Source: Acaryochloris thomasi RCC1774 (lineage in GTDB: Bacteria; Cyanobacteriota; Cyanobacteriia; Thermosynechococcales; Thermosynechococcaceae). From it: DNA of 32,000 nt. The notes beneath the pieces are model-generated. The model was not told the DNA's origin. It did no database searches and worked only from the letters and a program-made list of their open reading frames with translations. The translations under genes were made by a program, and so were the position numbers. The stretch covers positions 150,001 through 182,000 of the forward strand of contig NZ_PQWO01000003.1 in the NCBI RefSeq assembly GCF_003231495.1, read 5' to 3'. Shown piece after piece: positions 16,716 through 26,567 of the stretch. Numbering within the stretch: the first letter of the stretch is position 1; every line of letters begins with the position of its first letter.

Positions 16716-17735
16716 CTAGGCTCCCACTTTTTTTAACTTGCGAGCGACATCATTACCGAAGCGCTCTAACCCCAGGCACAGGAGAACAAAAGCAGGTGAG
16801 ACAATAATCACTGCAACAACACTCCAGAGAAGGTCAATTTTTAGAACGCCAATTTTCGCTAAAAGGAAATAGTACGTCATATGAAACAAGTACACTGAGA
16901 ATGAAATCCTTCCCAGAAAAGCGAAAAATTTAATTTCAATCCCATTCCTAAGTGCATAGATAGTCCATGCAATAACGAGTATTAGAGTACCAAAGACTGG
17001 GAAGGAATAGACCTTATCCAGCAGAACAGAGAAGCAAATTAAAATAAAAATCAACAAGAATATTGTGCAATGCACAGACTTAGGGATCTTGCTCTCCCAT
17101 TGCGTTCGATTCTTAATTAATTCCAACTTCTGCAGAGACATCCCCAGAAAGAAAAGATATGTATGCAAAAAATATATATCTAAATAGGGAGACTCCACGA
17201 AATGCAGCCAGCCGAGAGTATTCGCAAGAAAGGGATAGTGAGAAGGGAGAAAGTAAACACCGATAAAAACAAGCGTGGTTCCGAAGAGAGTCAGATACTT
17301 TTTCCGATCTAAAGCATAGGCAAGAAAAGGGCTCAGCAAATAACACTGAAGGATGGCAGAGATAAACCAGTAGTGACCCTCCGCTCCTATCCCCAGAAAA
17401 TCAGACACCTGGTAGGGTTCATGATTGACGAGCATCTGCGCAGCAAGAGCAATCCAATACAGAGGGAACAGGCGCACTAGACGATCTCGAAAGAAAAGCA
17501 CCAAACTGATAATGGAGAAATCCTTGATAACTTTTTTGCGTACAGAGGCAAAAATCCCATAACCGCTGAGCAAGAAAAAGACCGACACAATCACATTTGC
17601 AAACCCACCAACATTCATTGTTGAGTAATCATTTATGTAGTGATTCACCAAGACAGCTAATATTGCAAGCCCTCTAAGTGACTCACTAGAAGATCTAGTA
17701 TCAGCGGTGCCAGCATGTTGAGTCAAAGCAGTCAA
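16716..17735 (-). CDS. Acyltransferase family 3 integral-membrane O-acyltransferase
   Basis: 339 aa and polytopic. The N-terminal LRGLAILAVLVNHY is typical of Acyl_transf_3. The gene is markedly AT-rich relative to its neighbours. The start is TTG at 17735 and is uncertain. Confidence 0.8.
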   Translation of the reverse strand: MTALTQHAGTADTRSSSESLRGLAILAVLVNHYINDYSTMNVGGFANVIVSVFFLLSGYGIFASVRKKVIKDFSIISLVLFFRDRLVRLFPLYWIALAAQMLVNHEPYQVSDFLGIGAEGHYWFISAILQCYLLSPFLAYALDRKKYLTLFGTTLVFIGVYFLPSHYPFLANTLGWLHFVESPYLDIYFLHTYLFFLGMSLQKLELIKNRTQWESKIPKSVHCTIFLLIFILICFSVLLDKVYSFPVFGTLILVIAWTIYALRNGIEIKFFAFLGRISFSVYLFHMTYYFLLAKIGVLKIDLLWSVVAVIIVSPAFVLLCLGLERFGNDVARKLKKVGA

Positions 17736-18148
17736 AACAGGCGTTCTCTATATCTATACAATAGGAATACAGGCATCACAGAACAGAGACAACCTTGCTC
17801 TTGAAGATCTCGAAGATATTGTTATTCTAATTCAGAACAAAAATTTTTCTTACCACTCTTACCACTCATTCAAATATCAAATTATTTATCCATTATATTT
17901 TCAAGCCATTGTTTCAATAATAGCCAGCAGCAACCAAGTGCCTCAACGTCACTGCTGAAAATCTCAACAACAGAGGAAAGCAGCACAAGCCTTAGGGAAC
18001 CATCCGGAACTCGCAGAAAAGGGTCATGCGCTCCGAGAACCTTGAGCAGAGTAGGTTACATAAGTCTAGATTTTATCGATCGAGAGAATATAAACGGGTG
18101 ACGAGAAGAATACGCCCCCTATCCCCCCCTTGCTCAGGTTAACACCAC

Positions 18149-18172
18149 ATATTGAGATATTTATCTCAATAT
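18149..18172. promoter_or_regulatory. 24-bp perfect palindrome (11-bp arms, 2-bp centre): ATATTGAGATA-TT-TATCTCAATAT
   Basis: Read directly from the sequence. It lies in the 790-bp AT-rich divergent intergenic region between the acyltransferase (17735) and the WecB-like gene (18528), and has operator-like geometry. Confidence 0.45.
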
Positions 18173-18527
18173 TCAAGATTAAATAATTGGGCAGAAAATA
18201 ATCCAACTCGCAGTTCACCTGAAGACTCATGCATATTCAATAGTTTTATTAGCGCCAAACTCCAACATCTTCAATACTAGTCGGCTAGTTGAGAACACCA
18301 GGAATGCATTATCTGAAGAAATGACAGGAGTCAACCCACAACTTATTGAAATGAGAGAGTAGCTTCGAGCACAAAATTCATTGCACAAAGAGATAAAAAA
18401 TGTCTTACTTATAATAGAAGGCAAACAGGCTTAGATAGGGGGATTATCGGCCTGAAAGCTTTACCTGCAGGACATGAAACATCTGCAGCACTTTTAAGTA
18501 TTTTAAATAAATAAGCCTTTAGAAGCG

Positions 18528-19295
18528 ATGAACCAGGCAGAGCCCCCTCGCAGACAAGTTATTGGCATTTCTATCAATCCCCTGTCTCTGAGCCAGCACG
18601 TCAACCTGATTCTAGGTTGGGCCACGCAGAACGAGAGCCGAGCCGTCTACGTGGCGAATGTTCATATGTTGATGGAAGCTCGCTGGAATCCGGACTTTAG
18701 ACAGGTCTTGCATGCAGCAGACCTAGTGACGCCTGATGGCATGCCGCTTGTGTGGATGTTGCGTCTACTAGGAATTTACGATCAAGAACGGGTCGCTGGC
18801 ATGGATCTGCTGAGAGAATTGTGTGTAGGGTCACAAAGCCGCAGTATAGGCGTCCTATTTTTAGGATCTAGCGCTCAGATTTTGGCCAAGATGCGACAAC
18901 GTTTAGACATTGAATATCCTAGTCTTAATATTGTAGGCATGGATCCCTTACCTTTTCGCCCTCTAACGCCCAGTGAGGACCGAGATCTCATCAACAAAAT
19001 TAATCAGAGTAAGGCTGGACTACTGCTCCTATCTTTAGGTTGCCCCAAGCAAGAAAAATGGATCGCAGCTCATCGCGGCCGGGTCAACGCAACCATGATT
19101 GGCCTAGGAGGGGTTTTCCCAGTTTACGCAGGCCTCCAAGCATACGCACCGCAATGGGCCAGAGACTCTGGGCTTGAGTGGGCCTATCGTCTATGCCAGG
19201 AACCCGGAAGACTTTGGCGGCGCTATGCAACCACCATTCCTCCATTTCTTTGGCTAGCAGCTCAGCAGCTCGCAAATCGATCTAGTAAGCACTAA
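18528..19295 (+). CDS. WecB/TagA/CpsF-family (GT26) glycosyltransferase
   Basis: 255 aa. The segments VYVANVHMLMEA, DLVTPDGMPLVW, LLLSLGCPKQEKW and GLGGVF match the family pattern. Confidence 0.85.
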   Translation: MNQAEPPRRQVIGISINPLSLSQHVNLILGWATQNESRAVYVANVHMLMEARWNPDFRQVLHAADLVTPDGMPLVWMLRLLGIYDQERVAGMDLLRELCVGSQSRSIGVLFLGSSAQILAKMRQRLDIEYPSLNIVGMDPLPFRPLTPSEDRDLINKINQSKAGLLLLSLGCPKQEKWIAAHRGRVNATMIGLGGVFPVYAGLQAYAPQWARDSGLEWAYRLCQEPGRLWRRYATTIPPFLWLAAQQLANRSSKH

Positions 19296-19711
19296 GGCGT
19301 CCTATCGGGCGATCCAAGCTCATTCAAAACGTAAAATTGGCTTTTCAAGCCAATCGCAGCGATATATTCTATTGGATCTTTTGAGAGCGGCATTTCATTC
19401 CGGTTACTACCTCACGGATCTGCAAGAAGACAGTCCCTCACTTCATTAACATTTGTAAGACAATCAATAGAAAGCTGAACTTAGGTTAACTAGTGACGAA
19501 GAGTCGCAATCATCTCAGGTGATCGTGGTTTACTTTTAGATATTGCATCTAGACGACGGGTCGTTAAGATAACGGCTAGTGACTGAACGCTGAAATTGTT
19601 ATGGAGTCAGTGTTTAAGCACTATTGAAAGGGGGCTGAGTTTCATCTGACTACAGTGGGGTTTCAGAAGCTTGTTGCATCTTCCCTAGTTCTTCCCGGAA
19701 CTTAAGCTTTT

Positions 19712-20131
19712 GTGTGGTCGCCATGTTTTCGGAGCAGCAGTCATAGGATGTATTTATATTTCATTCGAGAAAGTAAATTCTCGTGTTCGGAGATATTGCA
19801 AGTGAACACATCCGTAGAGTTCAACCCATCGACGCATTCACCGGGTCAAAAAACAGAAGGTCACAAAGTTCGCTCATTGCTGCAAGGCTGGCGACAGAAG
19901 CTCAAGACGCACAGCTACCAAGCCTCTGGTGCAGGGGTTGATTTTGTGCTGGAAGCGAGTTCTGAAAGTCCAAAAGAGTTTTACATGACAGCGCACAAAT
20001 CGGGCGTCAAAAAAAGTGACTCGATCAAAATCAATGATTCATCTCGTTCTCAGACGTATGAAGTTTTAGAAGTCGACTATTACTCGGATCCCTCAGATAT
20101 GTGGATGGCCCGTTTGGTCTTAGTGGGCTAG
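19712..20131 (+). CDS. Hypothetical protein with weak coding evidence
   Basis: 139-aa ORF with a GTG start and no clear RBS. I recognised no motif. It is the only ORF in a 990-bp gap. The real product, if any, may start at an internal ATG. Confidence 0.3.
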   Translation: MWSPCFRSSSHRMYLYFIRESKFSCSEILQVNTSVEFNPSTHSPGQKTEGHKVRSLLQGWRQKLKTHSYQASGAGVDFVLEASSESPKEFYMTAHKSGVKKSDSIKINDSSRSQTYEVLEVDYYSDPSDMWMARLVLVG

Positions 20132-20287
20132 GCAAGATGGCTAACGGTCTAACCGAGAGAGTGAAGCCGTTGGCATCATTTGACTAAAGAACAGACTGGC
20201 TCAAAGGACTGGCTTTCAGAAAATACCGAAAGCACTTCTGTAGGGATTAACGTCAAAGACTCCATCTCTGAGGGGATATTTCGTCAA

Positions 20288-21757
20288 TTATGGCTGGGGT
20301 CTGGGGCTTTTGCCGAGCGGAAGCAAAGACTTGATGATTGTTAGGTCTTGCTTCCTGAACTCGCCCAATAGCAGAAATCCAATGAGGATACCCACGGTGA
20401 CGACTGCAAGCTTCAGAAAGACACCCCATGCTGAAACAGGCCAAAGCTTCGTCACAGCAGCGCTAGCGCCCGAGAGTAAGACACTCCGCCAGAATGTTCC
20501 CAAGGGAAGCTGAAGGGTCCAGGTAGACTGAACCACCAGCGCACCGGCGAAGCCACCGAGCAGAGCAACGACGGTGGTGACCTGGGCTGCCCCTAACGCT
20601 CCTGAGCGGGGAATGAGCCAAAAATAGCCACAAAGAGCAACCGGAGAGAGCGGTGCGACAAGCCAAATACTGGCTCGGGGGCGGCCAAGACCGGTCAAAA
20701 TAGCTGAAGTGATTTGGAGCAGATCGAGGCCCACAGCACTGAAGATCAGCCAGGCAAAGAAGGAAGCAGCTGGTCTGTATTGTTCACCAAATCCAAGGAC
20801 AATCCATTCAGGAGCTGAGGCCGCCAACATCGCCAACAGAGGTAGCTGGAGCAAGAGAATCCGTAGGGCAGTTTGGGCTATTTGCTTTGCCTGGGGCTGC
20901 TCCTTTGCCTTCAAAAGCCGACTGAGAGTGGACAGCAGTAGAGGATTTAAGGCTGCGGCAAAGACCCGCGCAATAATAATCAGCTGGAGCGCCAAGGCAT
21001 AAATCCCGGCTTGAGCGACGGTACCACCGAGGGCTTTATAGGCAAGCAAGTCTAATTTATCGTAGATTTGCAGCCCCATACTGGAGATAAAGAGAGGCCC
21101 AGCATAGACCCAAAGAGGGTCTCGGGAAAATTCGCTGCGTTGAAAAAGAGCGGGACGAATAAAGTATCGTCCAATCAGCAACGAGGCAACAGAGCCAGCC
21201 ATGCAGCCTAGCAGTGCACCCAAAACGGACCAGCCAAGGAAGACAAAGCCAACAATCAGCAGAACTCGGGTGAGCCAGTAAGCCCCCAAACTCAGCGCTC
21301 GCTGGCGAAATTGACCGGTCCCAATCAGTAGACTGTTGTGGATGCGCGCCAGACAGAAAAGGGGTATGTCAAGGCTCAGTAGCCTCAAGTAACCAGAGAG
21401 AGCAGGGTCTTGAAGAAGAGTTGCGATCGCATCTGCTAAAACCCACAGTAGCAGTACCGCTCCCAGGCTCAGTAGGCCCGTTATTTGACTGACTTTTGCC
21501 CCAATGGGTCGCCAATCATCGGCTTCACTCACGAGCTTCACCGTAGCCTGCTCAAACAGCAGCGTGATCGAGAACTTGAGCCACAACACCACCGTCGTCG
21601 TCAGCGTAAAGCGACCAAAATCCTCCGGTCCTAGCACAGACGTAAGGACGACCACCGTAATAAATCCCACCGGCAGACGAATGCCAACGGCCAACATATT
21701 CCAGATCGTGCCGCTCAGAATTGAATGGCCTGAGGAGAGCTGCGTCTTTTCAGCCAT
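20288..21757 (-). CDS. Polysaccharide/oligosaccharide flippase (Wzx-like, MOP superfamily)
   Basis: 489 aa with about 12-14 predicted hydrophobic helices. The N-terminus GTIWNMLAVGIRLPVGFITVVVLTSVLGPEDFGRF is typical of the polysaccharide biosynthesis protein family. Confidence 0.85.
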   Translation of the reverse strand: MAEKTQLSSGHSILSGTIWNMLAVGIRLPVGFITVVVLTSVLGPEDFGRFTLTTTVVLWLKFSITLLFEQATVKLVSEADDWRPIGAKVSQITGLLSLGAVLLLWVLADAIATLLQDPALSGYLRLLSLDIPLFCLARIHNSLLIGTGQFRQRALSLGAYWLTRVLLIVGFVFLGWSVLGALLGCMAGSVASLLIGRYFIRPALFQRSEFSRDPLWVYAGPLFISSMGLQIYDKLDLLAYKALGGTVAQAGIYALALQLIIIARVFAAALNPLLLSTLSRLLKAKEQPQAKQIAQTALRILLLQLPLLAMLAASAPEWIVLGFGEQYRPAASFFAWLIFSAVGLDLLQITSAILTGLGRPRASIWLVAPLSPVALCGYFWLIPRSGALGAAQVTTVVALLGGFAGALVVQSTWTLQLPLGTFWRSVLLSGASAAVTKLWPVSAWGVFLKLAVVTVGILIGFLLLGEFRKQDLTIIKSLLPLGKSPRPQP

Positions 21758-21807
21758 CAGGATTATCTGTAGACAAAAGTTTAAAGCCCAATAGCCGGAC
21801 GATATCG

Positions 21808-23400
21808 TTAAGTCCCACGGCGAATTTGAAGGATCAAACCGGCAACAAATCCCAAAACCAAGCCTGAAATATGACCAATGAAACTAACCTCAGGGGTGAT
21901 TAAATCAAAAACGGTCTGTGACGCAACCACAATCCCAATTAGACGGAGTCGCCGTTGCGCAAATCGAGAGGGTTTACGTCGCCATTGCAGCAACAAAATC
22001 ACGGCTTCTGCCCCCAGCACGCCCATGACGGCTCCAGACGCTCCCAAGGCCAGCCCCCTCGGGTCAAGCCCCTGCAACACCAATAACATTGAACCCACCC
22101 CTGCCACAAAATACATCAGGCTAAATCGCAGACGTCCCAACTGCTTCTCGACAAAGGGACCCAAGATAGCTAAACCCAACATATTGAACAGTAAGTGGCT
22201 AATGTCATAGTGCAAAAAGGTAGCCGTCAAAACCCGCGACCACTCCCCATTGATCACCGTTTCATACTTCACCAGAGCCCCAAGCTGAATCAGCATTTCT
22301 TGATGAGCTAGAAGCATCTGATCCGGCGTACTTATGCCTCGCAGGCTATTGAGCATGAAAAGAATATCAAGGCTCCCGCCCTGAATTTCGCGCAGGAAAA
22401 AGAGGAGGTTTATACCAATTAACACCAGCGTAACGGGAGATGTCTTTAGGGACGCAGAGGTTGTCACCGATGGAAAGGCTCTATCCACATCCGGTCGCCA
22501 CTGCCGTAGCAAAGCATGAGAGCGATCGCTGAGATCTGATTTAGAGCGCGACCATTGCGTCCGGGCTTGAAGCGTTTGGTAATAGAGCAAATCACCACTG
22601 TCTAAAATCTCATCAATATCGGCTTGAGCCACCTCCGGCTTCCCAGCGGCCATGCAGGCAGTCGCGAGCCAAAACCGGCGGTCGCGAGGGGTTCTCGTGC
22701 CCTGCAGTAGGTGAGACACCACTGCAGGCTGTCCACAGTAGGTAAACACAATCAAACGACCCAGATTCCAGTCGATTTGTCCCATCTTTTGCAGTAGGGA
22801 CTGGAAACGGTCCATTGTCTCAACCATGGCATTGAGAGCATTCGTTTCACCCAGAGCCTGCAGGTAAAAAGAAATAAGGCGGGGATAGCGGCTGAGATTC
22901 TCCAGCGTAATGTCTTGCTCAACCCAGCGTCGCAGTCCCTCCCAGTCTCCCTTGACTCGAAATAGATTACAGTAGGCAGCCTGTCCTAAACCTGAAGTCG
23001 TATTTTTGAGGCGTTCAAAGTGACCGATCGCCTCTGGGCGACCAAACTGCGCCAGCGCCAGCGCTCTCAGATAACCGGGATAGATCCACCAGCCATCGAA
23101 CGGATGGAAAAGACGTCCGAAGTACGCACAGCGCGCTGCAGCCTGAAACCGGTACTGAGCAGCAAGCACCTGGGTCCGGCGAAAGCTAATCAGGGGTAGA
23201 ACGACGAAAATGACCCACACGGCACCGCCCAGAAGACCAGCGGTTTGCGGTTGATGCAACCACAGCACCCACATCAATCCCAAAATCAGGCCGGACACAG
23301 CCACCCACCCACCTGCAGTTCGATAATGCTGCAGTCCGCGAATGAGATTGGCCGTGCAAGAAATGCAGACCAACCAAATTAAAAGGCGATTGAGATCCAT
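21808..23400 (-). CDS. Rhomboid-family intramembrane serine protease with an N-terminal membrane plus TPR-like extension
   Basis: The C-terminal third carries FLHYDISHLLFNM, the GASGAVMG motif (GxSG) and the GHISGLVLG motif (catalytic His). Confidence 0.85.
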   Translation of the reverse strand: MDLNRLLIWLVCISCTANLIRGLQHYRTAGGWVAVSGLILGLMWVLWLHQPQTAGLLGGAVWVIFVVLPLISFRRTQVLAAQYRFQAAARCAYFGRLFHPFDGWWIYPGYLRALALAQFGRPEAIGHFERLKNTTSGLGQAAYCNLFRVKGDWEGLRRWVEQDITLENLSRYPRLISFYLQALGETNALNAMVETMDRFQSLLQKMGQIDWNLGRLIVFTYCGQPAVVSHLLQGTRTPRDRRFWLATACMAAGKPEVAQADIDEILDSGDLLYYQTLQARTQWSRSKSDLSDRSHALLRQWRPDVDRAFPSVTTSASLKTSPVTLVLIGINLLFFLREIQGGSLDILFMLNSLRGISTPDQMLLAHQEMLIQLGALVKYETVINGEWSRVLTATFLHYDISHLLFNMLGLAILGPFVEKQLGRLRFSLMYFVAGVGSMLLVLQGLDPRGLALGASGAVMGVLGAEAVILLLQWRRKPSRFAQRRLRLIGIVVASQTVFDLITPEVSFIGHISGLVLGFVAGLILQIRRGT

Positions 23401-23501
23401 ATAAAAATTGCGGCGACGAGCCTCAAGGCTCCTGCGAAAGGGTCCACCCCAAAGATAACGATTCTATCTTGGCAATATTAAGACGGCTAAGGTCGCCGCC
23501 C

Positions 23502-24857
23502 TCAAACCACAGCCTCTGCTGGCAGCCGCTCGCCCGTAATGCTGAAAGACCGAACCTCTGTAATCTTAACCGGCACCAGTTGCCCCTGCAGCTCAGCAAT
23601 GTTCCCTGGGAAAAAGGTTAGGCGGTTCCCTCGAGTGCGCCCCATCACCTGCGCTGGATCTTTGGGATTTTGATCCTCCACCAAAATCTCTTCAACTCGA
23701 CCAGCATAGCGATGGGAGCGCTCCGTCGCCATTTGGCTCATGAGATGGTTCAGCCGCTGGAGACGATCGCTTTTGACCTCTTCTTCAAGCTGATTCTCCC
23801 AAACAGCGGCAGGGGTTCCAGGCCGAGGGGAGTAGGCCGCAGTATTAACCAAATCGAACTCTAGGTGTTCAACCAATCGCAGCGTATTTTCAAACTGCGC
23901 CTCTGTTTCACCCGGGAAACCCACAATCGCATCGGCACTGATGGCCGCATCCGGCATTAACGCTCGAATCTTATGAATAATCCTGCGGTATTTTTCATGG
24001 GTATAGCCCCGCGCCATCGCTTTCAGAACATCATTATCACCTGACTGAAACGGGATATGAAAATGCTCACACACCTTAGGCAGCTCGTGACAGGCCCGAA
24101 TCAGCCGCTCCGTGAAATAGCGGGGATGGCTAGTGGCGAACCGAATCCGCTCAATCCCAGGCACATCATGAACGAAGTAGAGTAAGTCCGTCAGCGTGTT
24201 CTGCCGCCGTCCTTCGGGGGTGATGCCAGGTAAGTCTCGACCATAGGCGTCAATATTTTGGCCCAGCAGCGTCACTTCCTTATAGCCCTGCTGACCCAAC
24301 AGCACCATATCCTGCCGAATCGCTTCAGGGGTGCGGGACTGCTCAACGCCGCGAACGCCCGGAACCACACAGTAGGTACAGCGCTCATTACAGCCGTAGA
24401 TAACGTTAACCCAGGCGGTTACAGAACTATCCCGACGGGGCTTGGTGATGTCTTCAACAATATGGATGGGTTCGGTGGCGACCACTTGATTGCCGTCAAA
24501 CACCTGCTCCAATAAATCCTGGAGGCGGTTAGCGTGCTGCGGCCCCATGATCAGATCCACTTCGGGGACGCGGCGCAGGAGGGCTTCGCCTTCTTGCTGA
24601 GCCACGCATCCAGCGACAATTAACGTTAGCTTTGGATCGTGATGCTTGCGCTTGGCCTGCCGCCCCAAATAGGAATAGACCTTTTGTTCAGCATTGTCTC
24701 GAATGGAACAGGTGTTGTAGAGAATCACATCCGCCTGCTCTGGCGTATCAGACCACTGCAGTCCCATATTTTCTAGGACCCCCGCCATCCGTTCGGAATC
24801 GGCTTTATTCATTTGGCAGCCGAAGGTGGTGATGTGATAGCGAGACCGAGCAGTCAT
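23502..24857 (-). CDS. miaB: tRNA-2-methylthio-N6-dimethylallyladenosine synthase
   Basis: It has [16 protein letters not shown] (UPF0004 domain), CNERCTYC (a CX3CX2C radical-SAM motif) and a C-terminal TRAM domain. ATG 24857 is preferred over the TTG ORF-track start at 24878. Confidence 0.95.
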   Translation of the reverse strand: MTARSRYHITTFGCQMNKADSERMAGVLENMGLQWSDTPEQADVILYNTCSIRDNAEQKVYSYLGRQAKRKHHDPKLTLIVAGCVAQQEGEALLRRVPEVDLIMGPQHANRLQDLLEQVFDGNQVVATEPIHIVEDITKPRRDSSVTAWVNVIYGCNERCTYCVVPGVRGVEQSRTPEAIRQDMVLLGQQGYKEVTLLGQNIDAYGRDLPGITPEGRRQNTLTDLLYFVHDVPGIERIRFATSHPRYFTERLIRACHELPKVCEHFHIPFQSGDNDVLKAMARGYTHEKYRRIIHKIRALMPDAAISADAIVGFPGETEAQFENTLRLVEHLEFDLVNTAAYSPRPGTPAAVWENQLEEEVKSDRLQRLNHLMSQMATERSHRYAGRVEEILVEDQNPKDPAQVMGRTRGNRLTFFPGNIAELQGQLVPVKITEVRSFSITGERLPAEAVV

Positions 24858-25190
24858 GAACGTTAATCCGAAAAACAATCTTTTCTATGGTAGTTGACGC
24901 TGAGGAAAGTCTTCTAGGCCAGGAGCCTTCTGACAGTGCATAAGGTAGCGAACTCGGATACAGTAGGTAAAGTTACTTAACTTCTATTCATATTAGAAAC
25001 CCCAAGAATTTTGGGATAAGGTCTTGAGTTCTCTGCATTAGTCTCCGAAAGCCCCCGCTCTAGGGGGCGTTGGGTGTCAGGCCCAAAATTCTGACAGGGC
25101 GCCGCGAATGCAGACGTCAGCTACAACGGCTGGCCGTAGAAAGTTAAGGAATATGGCTATCACTGAATACCAGGAGAAATAACCTCAGTT

Positions 25191-26246
25191 ATGACTGCCT
25201 CTTTAATTAAGCCTGAATCGAAGCTTCGGAGTCTGGACAATCCCGAAGTGACCATGCAAAAGATTATCCAGTCCCTTCCCAAGGCTTGCTTTGAGAAAAA
25301 TGCTCGCAAGGCATGGACAGAGGTCGTCGTGACCGTTCTAGGTGTGGCGCTGGGCTATGCAGCCATTGTGTTCTCTCCTTGGTATCTCTTACCCTTCGCC
25401 TGGTTTTTCACGGGTACGGCCCTGACGGGATTTTTCGTCATTGGTCATGACTGTGCCCATCGTTCCTTTGCCAAAAAGCGCTGGGTTAACGATGTTGTCG
25501 GTCATATTTGCATGATGCCGCTGATCTATCCGTTCCACGGCTGGCGGATTATGCACAATTTTCATCATGTGCATACCAATGAGCTAGACGTTGATAATGC
25601 ATGGCGGCCCTTTAGCACTGAAGAGTATGACGGGTGTGGTCCCGTTGTGGCTGGCGCTTACAAGGTCATTCGCGGTCGGCTCTGGTGGATCGGTTCGATC
25701 ATTCACTGGTTCAATTTGCATTTCGACTGGCGACAGTATGACGAGAAGGACCAGGCTGATATCAAGCTGTCGGTGGCTGTTGTAGTTTTGTTTGGTGCGA
25801 TCGCATTTCCGACTCTGATCCTGACCACTGGCGTCTGGGGCTTTATTAAGTTCTGGCTTCTACCTTGGATGGGCTACCACTTCTGGATGAGCACTTTTAC
25901 GCTGGTGCACCATACCGCACCTGACGTTGCGTTTAAGCCGACTGACGAATGGAATCCTGCAGAAGCGCAGCTTGTGGGTTCCATTCACTGCGATTATCCC
26001 TGGTGGATTACGTTTCTCTGCCACGACATCAACGTCCATATCCCCCACCATGTTTCCACAGCGATTCCGTCCTATAACCTACGCATGGCCCATGAAAGCC
26101 TGAAGGAAAACTGGGGTGAGTACGTCTGTGAGACAAAGTTCGATTTGGAACTGATCAAAACCATTACAGATGACTGTCATCTCTATGAGCCGGAGAAGGC
26201 CTACCAGTCTTTCAAAGAGCATCAAGCAAAAGCGGCTCGTTCTTAA
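25191..26246 (+). CDS. desA: Acyl-lipid delta-12 fatty acid desaturase
   Basis: 351 aa with three His boxes: HDCAHRS, HNFHHVHTN and HIPHHV. From memory it is colinear along its whole length with Synechocystis DesA (KKRWVND.VGH, GVWGF.KFWL.PW..YHFWMSTFT.VHHT). Confidence 0.93.
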   Translation: MTASLIKPESKLRSLDNPEVTMQKIIQSLPKACFEKNARKAWTEVVVTVLGVALGYAAIVFSPWYLLPFAWFFTGTALTGFFVIGHDCAHRSFAKKRWVNDVVGHICMMPLIYPFHGWRIMHNFHHVHTNELDVDNAWRPFSTEEYDGCGPVVAGAYKVIRGRLWWIGSIIHWFNLHFDWRQYDEKDQADIKLSVAVVVLFGAIAFPTLILTTGVWGFIKFWLLPWMGYHFWMSTFTLVHHTAPDVAFKPTDEWNPAEAQLVGSIHCDYPWWITFLCHDINVHIPHHVSTAIPSYNLRMAHESLKENWGEYVCETKFDLELIKTITDDCHLYEPEKAYQSFKEHQAKAARS

Positions 26247-26278
26247 GGTCCGCTGAATTCACAAAAAATTGATCACAG

Positions 26279-26310
26279 GATCCCTTCAGTTTTGGAGGGG
26301 TCTTTTTATT
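26279..26310 (+). terminator. Probable rho-independent terminator of desA
   Basis: A 9-bp stem pairs 26279-26287 with 26294-26302 and includes two G-U pairs. The loop is 6 nt and TTTTTATT follows. It lies 33 nt after the stop. Confidence 0.6.
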
Positions 26311-26351
26311 ATCTTTTGCTTCCGAACAAAGGCAGGAATGGTAGAGGAGAT

Positions 26352-26381
26352 TATACATTACGCATATACAACGTATACATT
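26352..26381. promoter_or_regulatory. Three direct TATACA(T/A)(T/C) repeats
   Basis: tatacatt at 26352-26359, tatacaac at 26365-26372 and tatacatt at 26374-26381. They sit about 190 bp upstream of the FHA gene. They loosely resemble response-regulator direct-repeat boxes, but no exact known consensus matches. Confidence 0.3.
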
Positions 26382-26567
26382 TGGCCGGGAATCCTAACGA
26401 TAGGGTCCACCAAAATATTCTGCATCTATAGCCGTCGCCAGCTAAGTTAGGACAGCTCTTCTTCAGCAGAGATAGGTTTCAATGACCTTGATGTCCGACT
26501 TAGATATGTCGAAGGCTATATTTCAGAGTCATGCTTAGGCAAAGCCCCGTCCAATTTTCTAGAGCTT

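Noticed and set aside
18227-18424. A 65-aa minus-strand ORF in the AT-rich intergenic region.
   Set aside because: It has no RBS and the composition is typical of a random AT-rich frame. No motif is recognisable.
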